DNA of 64,000 nucleotides, from positions 62,001 to 126,000 of the forward strand of contig VRVR01000038.1 of the NCBI GenBank assembly GCA_009859145.1, in the 5' to 3' direction. Source of the stretch: Andalucia godoyi And28 (Eukaryota > Protista > Jakobida). The notes below the pieces were generated by a model. It was not told where the DNA came from and did not search any database. It saw only the letters and a program-made list of their open reading frames with translations. Positions within the stretch are counted from its first letter, which is position 1; every line of letters begins with the position of its first letter. Below, one piece after another: positions 51,795 through 61,442 of the stretch. The position numbers and the translations under genes were made by a program.

Positions 51795-54700
51795 ATGGTT
51801 CGGGTTGGTCCAACGAATGACACAGCAATCCGTGCTACGCAAAATGAACGGTTGATGCGGATTACAGAACCGCATGTGGACTCCTTCAATTTCTTTTTGG
51901 AACACGGACTGTCTGCCGCTGTTTCGGACCTGGATGACGTTGAAATTGAGAATGCAGCGACTTCCGAGTCTCTGCGAATGTGGATTGAAGAGATCAAGAT
52001 TGGTCGACCTACACGAGACGAATCTGGCACCGGCAGAACACTTTATCCACACGAGTGTCGCGAAGCGGGACTCTCATATCGTGCACCAATGATTGCTACA
52101 GTTTGTCGCCAGGTGAATGACGGAAACATTGAGACAATGCAACGGAAACTTGGCATGATTCCAATCATGGTGAAGTCTTCCAAGTGCCATTTGCACGGTC
52201 TCTCTCCTCGCGAACTGGTCACGCGTCGTGAGGATGAAAATGAGATGGGAGGATACTTCATCATTCACGGTCTCGAAAAATGCATCCGTTTGACGATCAG
52301 TGGAAGACGAAATCACCCCATGGCGATGGCCAGACCATCCTTCGAAAGGAGAGGTCCCAAGTTTACGAAATTCGGTGTTCTCTGCAGATCCGTGCGGCCA
52401 GATCAGACGTCTGTCAACAACCTTTTGCACTATCTAACAACTGGCGAAGTCTTGTACGGATTCACGATCTCCAAACAGCAGTTCTTCATTCCGGTGGTTT
52501 TGATGTTGAAGGCAATGAAAAACTGCACAGACGCCGAAATCTTCGATCATGTGGTTGCTGGACAGTATTCAAACACGTTTTTGACAGAACGTGTGGAGCT
52601 TGTTCTTGAAGAAGCGCGGTCGCGATATCCAAACTGCAATACACAGGCGCAGTGCCTTGCATTTCTTGGGTCTCGTTTCCGGTCCCGTTTGAGGATGAAT
52701 TCCAAGATATCGGATCTTGAAGCTGGCATCGAGTTGCTGAGGAAGAATATACTCGTACATCTGCTCAGTGGGGATGCCAAGTATGACTTTGGTATTCTCA
52801 TGTTGAGGAAGCTGTTTTCACTGGTTGGCGGACAGATTATGGAAGATTCCTCGGACTCTCCTATGAACCAGGAAGTGTTGTTGCCGGGGCATATTTATCT
52901 TGCTGTGGTGAAGGAGAGACTGGAAGACTATCTGGAGTCCATTAAAATCGTTGTGAACAAAGACTTGCGACAGGATCCCTCGTCCGTCCGTTTTAGTGAT
53001 TCTGCTTATATCCGCCGTGTGTTGGACAAGAACTCCATTGATCTGGGTCGGAAACTCGAGTATTTCCTGGCGACTGGTAATTTTCAGAGTAGGGGATCGC
53101 TTGGTATCGTGCAGTCTGCCGGTTTCGTTATTGTGGCTGAGAAATTGAATTTCTACAGATACCTGTCGCACTTCCGTTCCATCCACAGAGGTCAAGTGTT
53201 TACAGAAATGAAAACGACATCTGTTCGAAAGCTGCTCCCAGATTCGTGGGGTTTTCTCTGTCCAGTCCACACTCCCGATGGCGCACCCTGCGGTTTGTTG
53301 AACCATTTGGCGCACGAAGTTCGGGTCTCGCCGTTTCTGCCTGCTGAAGTATTCGACGGAACGCTTGTGGATCGTTTGCTGGTGAGCCTCGGGATGATCT
53401 CAGTTCACGGAAATCCTGTTCCTACGCGACAAATGATCCCCGTATTGCTGGACGGACGGCTTCTGGGGCACATTGATCATCGTATCGCCAAAGTCTTTGT
53501 TGACAGTCTGCGTTTTCTCAAATGCCTTCGACAAAATCCGGAAATTCCTGACTGGCTTGAGATTGCGTATATCCCGCAGGTTGCCGAAGGTTCCGGTCCA
53601 TTTGCCGGTATTTACTTGTTTTCTTCCCCAGCACGCATGATGAGGCCTGTTCGAAACATGGCAGCAGATGCCGTGGAGTGGATTGGAACGCTTGAGCAGA
53701 TTTACTTGGACATTGCGTGCATTGATGCGGACGTCATTCAGAATCTGACGACACACAAGGAAATCTTGCCGACGCACATGCTGTCGGTAGTCGCCAATTT
53801 GACACCGTTTTCAGATTTCAATCAATCCCCTCGTAATATGTACCAGTGCCAAATGGGTAAGCAAACGATGGGCAGTGCGTGTCACAACTATCCGTATCGG
53901 ACGGATAACAAGATGTACAGAATCTTGTTTCCGCAGACTCCTCTTGCACGCACTCGATTTTTGGATGCATATGGCTTCGATGATTATCCTATGGGAACCA
54001 ACTGCTGTGTGGCAGTTATTTCCTATACGGGCTACGACATGGAAGATGCAATGATCATCAACAAGGGTGCTTATGATCGTGGCTTGTTCCATGGTGCGGT
54101 GTATACAACCACGGAAATTGATCTTGCTCTGGAAAAAAAGGGTGAACCAAACAGCTTGCGGTTCTCGAACCGAATGTCCGACGTTGCGCCGACTGAATCA
54201 GGACTTGTTGAGCCGACGCTGGATGTGGATGGCTTGCCAATGCCTGGAACACCGATGAAGCAAGGCGATCCGTTTTACGTGGTTTATGACTCAACTCGCA
54301 GCTCTCACAAGGTGATCAAGTACAAGTACGCTGAATCGTCCACCGTTCAAGAAGTGCGCATCATCCCCATGGACAAGGATAGTCCGTCTGGTATGCGACG
54401 GGTCTCTATCAAACTTCGTTTTAACCGTAACCCTGTTTTAGGAGACAAGTTTTCATCCCGACACGGGCAAAAGGGAACGCTTGCGCAAGTCTGGCCGCAG
54501 GAGAACATGCCTTTTACGGATGCTGGCATTACACCAGATGTTCTTATCAATCCCAACGCATTTCCGTCCCGCATGACGATTGGTATGTTGATTGAAAGCA
54601 TGGCCGGAAAAGCTGGTTCGTTGCACGGGGTATTCCAGGATGCGACTCCTTTCCAATTTGACGAGACTGAACACCGGGCTATTGAGTACTTTGGTGACCA

Positions 54701-55451
54701 GCTAGCCAAGGCAGGATTTCATTACTACGGAAACGAGACCATGTATTCGGGGACCCTGGGTGTTGAGCTCACCGCAGAAATCTACATGGGTGTCGTTTTC
54801 TATCAACGGCTTCGTCACATGGTCAAGGACAAGTTCCAAGTTCGTTCAACAGGCCCTATTCATGATTTGACTCACCAACCTATCAAAGGACGAAAACTAG
54901 GGGGCGGTATTCGGTTTGGAGAGATGGAACGTGATTCGTTGTTGGGACACGGAGTCTCGTATTGGTTGCAGGATCGGCTGTTGCATTGCTCTGACGAGCA
55001 TCGGGAGTTCGTATGCAAACGTTGTCATTCGTTCTTGGGGGTTGCATCCATCAAGCCTGTGGTGCACAATGCTCATGCTTTTGCCAAGCGAAGGCTCGAA
55101 TGTGTTTCTTGCAAAGCTAATGGTCTGTTGAACCCGCAGGAAGATGAGTCTGATTCTGTGGACCTCATTCAAATCCCGTACGTCTTCAAGTACCTGGTGA
55201 ATGAGCTTGCTGCAATGAACATTCGCGTCATTCTCGATACTCCGGGGAATCAGTCGATTGAGCCAATGCCATTTTCCGACATCTCCTCTGTTCAGGCTGG
55301 AAGTGGGACTGGTGCAAATGGTGCGACGATAGAGGATCGCAAAACAAAGAGAAAATCAGCAAAGTCCACAGAAGAGCCGGAGATCGGCAGGAAAGCTAAG
55401 AAACACGAATCGACCAAGTCGGAGAAGAAGCACAAGATTCCACGACAATGA
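51795..55451 (+). CDS. RPA2: RNA polymerase I second-largest subunit
   Basis: PHVDSFN, HFRSIHRG, WGFLCPVHTPDGAPCGLLNHL, NQSPRNMYQCQMGKQTMG, GDKFSSRHGQKG, GGIRFGEMERD. Confidence 0.97.
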   Translation: MVRVGPTNDTAIRATQNERLMRITEPHVDSFNFFLEHGLSAAVSDLDDVEIENAATSESLRMWIEEIKIGRPTRDESGTGRTLYPHECREAGLSYRAPMIATVCRQVNDGNIETMQRKLGMIPIMVKSSKCHLHGLSPRELVTRREDENEMGGYFIIHGLEKCIRLTISGRRNHPMAMARPSFERRGPKFTKFGVLCRSVRPDQTSVNNLLHYLTTGEVLYGFTISKQQFFIPVVLMLKAMKNCTDAEIFDHVVAGQYSNTFLTERVELVLEEARSRYPNCNTQAQCLAFLGSRFRSRLRMNSKISDLEAGIELLRKNILVHLLSGDAKYDFGILMLRKLFSLVGGQIMEDSSDSPMNQEVLLPGHIYLAVVKERLEDYLESIKIVVNKDLRQDPSSVRFSDSAYIRRVLDKNSIDLGRKLEYFLATGNFQSRGSLGIVQSAGFVIVAEKLNFYRYLSHFRSIHRGQVFTEMKTTSVRKLLPDSWGFLCPVHTPDGAPCGLLNHLAHEVRVSPFLPAEVFDGTLVDRLLVSLGMISVHGNPVPTRQMIPVLLDGRLLGHIDHRIAKVFVDSLRFLKCLRQNPEIPDWLEIAYIPQVAEGSGPFAGIYLFSSPARMMRPVRNMAADAVEWIGTLEQIYLDIACIDADVIQNLTTHKEILPTHMLSVVANLTPFSDFNQSPRNMYQCQMGKQTMGSACHNYPYRTDNKMYRILFPQTPLARTRFLDAYGFDDYPMGTNCCVAVISYTGYDMEDAMIINKGAYDRGLFHGAVYTTTEIDLALEKKGEPNSLRFSNRMSDVAPTESGLVEPTLDVDGLPMPGTPMKQGDPFYVVYDSTRSSHKVIKYKYAESSTVQEVRIIPMDKDSPSGMRRVSIKLRFNRNPVLGDKFSSRHGQKGTLAQVWPQENMPFTDAGITPDVLINPNAFPSRMTIGMLIESMAGKAGSLHGVFQDATPFQFDETEHRAIEYFGDQLAKAGFHYYGNETMYSGTLGVELTAEIYMGVVFYQRLRHMVKDKFQVRSTGPIHDLTHQPIKGRKLGGGIRFGEMERDSLLGHGVSYWLQDRLLHCSDEHREFVCKRCHSFLGVASIKPVVHNAHAFAKRRLECVSCKANGLLNPQEDESDSVDLIQIPYVFKYLVNELAAMNIRVILDTPGNQSIEPMPFSDISSVQAGSGTGANGATIEDRKTKRKSAKSTEEPEIGRKAKKHESTKSEKKHKIPRQ

Positions 55452-55577
55452 TCTGCATCCAGCTCTGAGATGCGACATGTGTTGGTGGTGCTGCTGAAAT
55501 GTTGTTGTTGTTTCTTTCTGTACACTTTATATATATCCAATTTTTTTAAATTAAATCTCGGTTTCCATTCACGTCTA

Positions 55578-55680
55578 CATTATACACTGAACATGCATAT
55601 CTACGAATAGACATGCATATTCAATCTTGCATCCCGCTGCCGGGAAGGGGATAGACCCCCAACACGCCTCACGGCGTTCT
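55578..55680 (-). ncRNA. Candidate omega-RNA scaffold, copy 1
   Basis: Minus strand GAATATGCATGTCTA-TTCG-TAGATATGCATGTTC (55589-55622): 15-bp stem, 2 G-U pairs, UUCG loop, 11 nt from the element end. Confidence 0.68.
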
Positions 55681-56140
55681 TCAGATAGATGTTCCGCGCT
55701 CCGTTCCCAATCTCGATCAATCGGTGAGCCACTTTCTCAGCATGACACGTTGCTCCTGAGAAGGGTGCATTTTGATTCCGACGGCCCGAGCAGCAGGCGC
55801 TTTCGTGTCCTCAGTTGCAGCGCGATTGATGCAACTGGAGATACGAGAGGAAGAGGCGGTAGGAAGACGGTGGGGCATTGCGACTGCGCCTGCGCCTGGT
55901 GCATCGTAGCAGAAAACCAAGAGTTCTGCAAGAGACGGTCCCTGGGGCTTCTGCTTGGGGTTGGCTACCGTGAGTGCTGGAGATTGGAGATCATCGGGTC
56001 TTGGAAGTTCGCCTCTTGGCAGTGCGCTGAACGAATGATAGATGGCTACGGATGTTGCCTTGAAGAGCGTCGAAAATGCGGAGCCTGTGTCACAGGTCGC
56101 GTCTGTTTATGCATACTTCCGTATGCATGACAATGACGTG
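55578..56140 (-). mobile_element. 563-bp non-autonomous Fanzor2-derived element, copy 1
   Basis: Identical by eye to 61776-62338. Minus strand encodes QNSWFS and RAVGIKMHPSQEQRVMLRKWL (N-terminal/HTH part) fused near 55723 directly to IDRDW-(+1 frameshift)-NGARNIYLKN (RuvC-III); hairpins at both ends. Confidence 0.9.
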
Positions 56141-56419
56141 GTAACCAGCGACGGCGTGAGTGGGGTGAATTGTGTGATCCCTGCTTCCTGCAGAGAGCCC
56201 TCGGTTACTTGCATCGTAGTTTTTCCGGTGCGGTTTTCTTTTTCACATATTTTTTTCTTTTTTTCTTTTCTTTTCTTTTCTTTTCTTTTATTATTATTAT
56301 TATTATTTTCCCACCGTTCTTCGGCCTTCTGATATATTGATCTGTGCTCGGGGCTCCGTGCTATGTAGTGCATTGTTCTTCATTGCTCTACGTCGCTTTT
56401 AACAGTCCCTCGCTCGCAA

Positions 56420-57846
56420 ATGTATCAGCCGCCAGCATCCTTGGAGCACAGCCAGTCTGAACGAATTCTCGACAGAGATCAGTCTCCCGAGCATCGCGTG
56501 TACCGACTGCTGTCTCACATCTCCCCGAAAACCACCCTGACAGCATCCGTATTTTCCAGGGCCCTCGAACGCATATACAACAAGGTCGAGATTCTTGATC
56601 CAAACGCAAAGCTCATCGAGGTTCCCAAAGGAGATCCTCCCGATCTTCGTGTCCTGTTTCCCTTGGGTGCACCATCCGGTATGTAAGTTCCATTCTTGTT
56701 TATTTTATTATTTCTTTTTTAATTCATTGTATATCATTTTACGTAACCTCGGTTTCTGCGCATTCTGACGCTATTTATTTTTCCCTGGATTTTTCCTCTG
56801 GTGGGGCTCGTTGCGTTTGGGAAAATATGCAGGCCATACGTGCATCGTCGGTCCGACTGGCTCTGGAAAGTCAACGATTGTCCGACACATTCTTCTCGGC
56901 CTTACACAAGGAGGCAGACCAATGCAGATTTACACTTTGGAATCGCCTGTCGAAGTTGCGCTTGAAACGCATGGCATCATCGGCGTCAACCAGATCGACA
57001 TGTTTATGAAGCCAGCGGGTCGCGAGCGGACTCTTGAATCCATGGCCACGGAGATTCTCAAACACGACCCAGATATGCTGTACTTTGGAGAGCTGAGAAA
57101 CAAGCGCGACTTTGAGACCGCGACGCAGATTGCACTCAGTGGGTATGTGGGATGCTTTCTTTTTAATATATATTTAATTTCTCTGTTTCAACTTGAATGA
57201 CTTTTTCTCACTTATTCGTGTGTGCTCTTCTTCTTCTTTCTTGCTTCGCTCACCACTAGTGTCGCGGTCATCTCTACAGGACATGCATCATCACCACTGG
57301 ATTTGCTTGAACGGCTGCGTGCGATGAACATTGATCTCAAGACTCAGTTCAGAGCGTTTCAGAACATTGTTGGTGTGAAACGCCTTCCTATTCTTTGTCC
57401 GCATTGCAAACGCCGAGTAGTATGTTTTGTGCTCTGTCCTTTTTTCCGTGCCGGTGCGCTTGCTTTCTTCCTTTCTGCTTTCTAACTGTCTGTTGTTTCC
57501 CTGTTTTGTATGTTTTTTGCTGCCCAAGGTTCTTGACTCATCAATGCTTGACTCTCGGGCTCTGAGTCTGTTTAACGTGTATAGAATGGCTGCGTTGGAT
57601 CGAAGCGAGCGGCTGAAAGTGCTTCCGTTCGTCTGTTTCCCCGGTAGCCCGGCTGACATCAAGAATTGCTCCAAATGCACAAACGGGTACGCTGGGAATT
57701 ACACGATTTACGAATACTTGAAGATATCCCCTGAAGACGACATTGAGACGCTGCGGTCGCGTCACTTGTACACAACGGAAGAGCACCTGATGGACCTGAT
57801 TCTCCGCGGTGATGTGAATCCGATGTACTTGGAGAGCGTGCTGTGA
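56420..57846 (+). CDS. GspE/PilB-family secretion ATPase, 4 exons, 348 aa
   Basis: Exons 56420-56678, 56833-57142, 57260-57419, 57529-57846 (GTATGT donors, phases 1/2/0 all match, 1047 nt). Walker A GPTGSGKST, Asp box TLESPVE, Walker B HDPDMLYFGELR, His box ALSGVAVISTGH, Zn motif CPHC...CSKC, GYAG..TIYEYL. Confidence 0.9.
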
Positions 57847-58040
57847 CGAAAAAAGATCATTCTTCGCAAGCAAAAACAAGATGTGTATGTTGTTGTAAAT
57901 TTATTACTACTGAACATGATGAATTGGAAGAACGGGGAGAAGGGGGAAGGAGAAACAAACACTACAGAATGTGGAGCGACCGACTGAGCAAGGCAAAATG
58001 AAATGCAGCCAAAAGAGGCAATGGGCCTTCGAAAAGCTGT

Positions 58041-58604
58041 TCACGGTTGGGTAACGGGTGCCTGGAAGCTGACCATGCTTAGGATAGCAGGGTGCTTGGC
58101 AACCAGAGCCTTGTACTCCTCGAACGAGATGTTATGATCCTTGTTCACGTCGCCTTCCAAAAAGGTTCCCTCGACAAGATTGTTAAGCTGGGCCTCTGAG
58201 ATGTCAACCGACCGTTCCATGAGAGAAGCATGCAGAAGCTTCTTCAATTCATCCTTTGTGATGTAGCCATCGTTGTCAAAGTCCCAGATGCGGAAAGAAT
58301 ACAGCATCTTTTCCTCGGCAGTCCCCTGTGTGGAGCAGACAGACAACCCGCAGATAAACTCTCGAAAGTCGATTGATCCGTTGCCGTCCTCGTCGAAAAG
58401 AGCAAACAAGCGGTCTGCGTACAGCGTGTCCTTCAAGCCCAAAGCCTCGCGGAACTCGTTCTTGTCAATGACCCCGTCGTCTTCACGCGAAGAGGAGATC
58501 TTTGAAAATCGCTCATAAATCGATCTGATTTGATCTTGATCAAAATGCGTCGTCGTCAAGAACTGCTGGAGTTCTTCCTTCTTTTTCGAGTTCTTGTTTC
58601 CCAT
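58041..58604 (-). CDS. Myristoylated EF-hand calcium sensor (calcineurin B-like, CBL-type)
   Basis: MGNKNSK start at 58604; IYERFSKISSSREDDGVIDKNEF, FDEDGNGSIDFREF, WDFDNDGYITKDE, DVNKDHNISFEEY. Confidence 0.9.
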   Translation of the reverse strand: MGNKNSKKKEELQQFLTTTHFDQDQIRSIYERFSKISSSREDDGVIDKNEFREALGLKDTLYADRLFALFDEDGNGSIDFREFICGLSVCSTQGTAEEKMLYSFRIWDFDNDGYITKDELKKLLHASLMERSVDISEAQLNNLVEGTFLEGDVNKDHNISFEEYKALVAKHPAILSMVSFQAPVTQP

Positions 58605-59724
58605 AGTGCCGGTCGTTGAAGTTGGAGCTGATGATTTTGCGGGTGGACGAGGGACACCAGAGCGCATGAAAAGAGAAGAGGGGGGGGAAAGAAAAGGAGA
58701 AGGGGGAAAAGAAAAAGAAAAGGAGACCGTCCGAGAATGGGAGAGAAGAAAAGAGAGTGCGACAGAAAAGGTACAAGTCGGGGCGAGAATACAAATAAAG
58801 AAAAAGTAAAATAAAACACAAAATAAACCGAAGGATCCGGAATTGGGCAACAGCGACAGGCGGACTGGCGGACAGCAGAGAGTGGAGACTTCCAAAAAAA
58901 AAAAAAAAGAGAGAGTCTGATTATCAGAAAGAAGGAAAAACGGAGTCGCTTGTGCAGCATTTCTCGAGTGTATCTTCGGGGCTCTCTGGGAACCTGGAGT
59001 GGGGAATCCATCCTCGAGAGGACCTTTCATCCTTTGGCCCTTGCATCGTTGTTCTGCCTCCTGAGACTATTGCGTAAACACTGACTGGTGCCTGTGCGTG
59101 TGGCATCTGCCAACACTAGTCTGTACGAGCAGACGCCAAGGCGGAAGGTTTCACGGCCTGTTCGATACTCTCCTCTCTCTCTCTCTCTCCCTCTCTCTCT
59201 CTCTCTCCCTCTCTCTCTCTCTCCCCCCACCCGGAATGTTCGTGGTGTCCACCGCACGCCCGTTCGAGCACGGAGCATCATCCGAGTCAAAAGAAGGAGA
59301 GGAAAGAAGGAAGGAAAAAGGCGAACGCCTAAAAAAGCAAGCGACCCATATTTACACAGAGAACAGGGTCCTCTCCGAGGCTGCTGCTGGGTGAACATAT
59401 GCCAGCCTTTCCTCAAGACGGATCTCTCATGTTACGGTGCAAAGTGCGTGCTGGGCAGGCAGCAGCCTCCAGTGTTACATGCGACGTTTTTGGCACTTTG
59501 ATAACTGCTGTAAAAAAAATATATGAAGAAACCTGAGCACAAAACATGGGAAGTAAGTCGATCTTGACGAGCTAGGGTTACGCGAAAAAGCACGATATTG
59601 GATTCAAAGCAAAAAAAAAAGAGGCCGCATAAACACATGAAAAATAAAAGCGCGTGTTCTGTTCCCTTCTTCTTCTTCTTTTCAAAGACTTGTTGCAAAT
59701 TGGTTCGCTTTTTTTTGTGCAAAA

Positions 59725-60708
59725 ATGTCTGCGTTCTCTATGCCCGGTATTGACGATCGGGTCAAATGTGTACAACTGTCGGCGCTTGTTGTCTTCAAAA
59801 TCATCAAGCATGCTCGTGAGCGGATTCCACCCACGGTCGGTGGCTCTCTTGTGGGACTGTACACTGCAGACACACTCGAAATCACCAACTCGCTTCCAAA
59901 ATTGAACCAGGATGCAGAAGAGTATTCGGAAGACGCGCCTCTTCAAGACGACAAGGAGTTTTCGTACGACATGCTTCGCCATTTCCAAAAGCACCGAGTC
60001 GATGATATGATGGTCGGGTGGTATTCGTCCATGAGCTTTGCTGCTTTTTTGAGTAATCCTCAGAGCGCCCTCGGACAACTTGCAATTCAACAAGATCTTG
60101 AAGACAAGTGCGTCGTGCTTATCTTTGATCCGCAACGCTTCGACCAAGCGCTTCCTGCTTTCCGTGCGTTCCGTCTTACACAGCAGTTCATTGACATGGC
60201 ATCTCGTTTGCAGGATCGCGATGTTGCGCGGTGCGAAGTTTATGAAGAGCTTCCCGTGCGCATTCAGACGGATTCTCTGTCTGGCGCATTCCTTGGACAG
60301 TTGCAGCAGCAGTTTGGTGCGGACCCACGCCACCTTGCCGTTCGACCGGAGCCTCTGATTGAATCGAGCATGTCGTATCTTGTTGACTCTATGAATGACT
60401 ACGTTGACAAGTGTGAGACCTTTGATTGGTATCGCAAAAAGAGAACAGAGATCAATGACCGCCGGGCCGCCGCGATTCTAAAGAGGCAGCAGGAAAACAA
60501 GGCGCGTGCGCAACAGAAGCTTGCTCCGCTTGGATACGAGGACATTGATCGGTCGTTCCGAATTCCCACTCTCAAGTATACTAGACTTGAAAAAATGCTT
60601 GCTCCGTATGCATTGGACAACTATTGCGATGATTTGGTCGCCTGCGCCACACAGAACTCTGCAAGTTTGTATGTCGCTGACCAGATGTCGTCGTCTTCTG
60701 GGTTGTAA
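59725..60708 (+). CDS. EIF3H: Translation initiation factor 3 subunit H
   Basis: MPN domain: VVFKIIKH, GSLVGL..LEITNS, VDDMMVGWYSS, VVLIFDP, AFRAFRLT. Confidence 0.88.
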   Translation: MSAFSMPGIDDRVKCVQLSALVVFKIIKHARERIPPTVGGSLVGLYTADTLEITNSLPKLNQDAEEYSEDAPLQDDKEFSYDMLRHFQKHRVDDMMVGWYSSMSFAAFLSNPQSALGQLAIQQDLEDKCVVLIFDPQRFDQALPAFRAFRLTQQFIDMASRLQDRDVARCEVYEELPVRIQTDSLSGAFLGQLQQQFGADPRHLAVRPEPLIESSMSYLVDSMNDYVDKCETFDWYRKKRTEINDRRAAAILKRQQENKARAQQKLAPLGYEDIDRSFRIPTLKYTRLEKMLAPYALDNYCDDLVACATQNSASLYVADQMSSSSGL

Positions 60709-60866
60709 ATCGCACGATATAACTAGCTTTACGAAGAGTCTTTTTTGAAGCACAAACTACATCACTCAACTATTGCAGAGGTGGGAGGGCTGTTCCGCTT
60801 CCTCTTTCATCATCTTTTTCTTTCCGCTTTTCTTTTTTCTTTTTTTTTTTTGAAACTTGGTATCCT

Positions 60867-61442
60867 TCAGTTGTGCACCAGATACAAGAGCACGTCTGCA
60901 ACATCTGCATATTCATAAGTAGATGTGTTGTAAAACGGATCGTTCACATACAGAGTGCCGTTCATGGAGGACTCCCAACCGGTCATGAGCACAAAATGAT
61001 GTTTGTTACGGACATGCAACGCGATGCCGGTTCCTTCCTTGACCATTTCCACAAGATCCGAGAGAGAGGGCTTCTGTGGTTCGCCAAGGAATGAAATGCG
61101 CCCTGGAGCAATTTGGGGCACTTGATTCAGATTGAGATCTGCACAGAAGTCTTTAATCGCTGCGTCACAAACATATCCTTTGTGGGTCTGCAGCCAGACG
61201 TTGAACACTGATGGATCAAGTTCTTTACCCCCGGCTAAAATTCCGCGGCCGTGGAAATATGCAGCGACGCAGGACATCGCACACCCAGAATCACAAATCG
61301 TAATATTTCCTGCCATGACATTATTTCCCCAGCGAGGATCGCACTGCAAATACAATGGGTACACAAATGGAATGACGGGAACAGCCGCCACGATCGCCAG
61401 GAAGCTGGCAAGAACAATGATCACCAGTCGAGTACCATGCAT
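60867..61442 (-). CDS. Secreted C39-like cysteine peptidase
   Basis: Signal peptide from MHGT (61442); YLQCDPRWG, ICDSGCAMSC (catalytic Cys), HHFVL (His), YVNDP (Asp). Confidence 0.8.
   Translation of the reverse strand: MHGTRLVIIVLASFLAIVAAVPVIPFVYPLYLQCDPRWGNNVMAGNITICDSGCAMSCVAAYFHGRGILAGGKELDPSVFNVWLQTHKGYVCDAAIKDFCADLNLNQVPQIAPGRISFLGEPQKPSLSDLVEMVKEGTGIALHVRNKHHFVLMTGWESSMNGTLYVNDPFYNTSTYEYADVADVLLYLVHN

Noticed and set aside
55627-56130. 167-aa plus-strand ORF (also 61825-62328) treated as a gene
   Set aside because: It is the antisense shadow of the Fanzor-derived element; identity between copies reflects recent transposition, and it has no recognisable motif.
55570-56150. Target-site duplication or long terminal inverted repeats on the 563-bp elements
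   Set aside because: CATTA flanks copy 2 on both sides but not copy 1; only CA or CATT is inverted at the ends, so no consistent TSD or TIR can be claimed.
56420-57846. Bacterial contamination or prophage/plasmid origin of the GspE-like region
   Set aside because: Three phase-consistent spliceosomal introns with the same donor as host genes, and no operon partners nearby.
58605-59030. N-terminal extensions of ORF-track calls (also 9742, 13589, 24230, 26745, 32090, 44438, 51533, 61544)
   Set aside because: They translate T-rich or microsatellite UTR/spacer DNA into F/L/ER/CV runs; homology starts at downstream ATGs.
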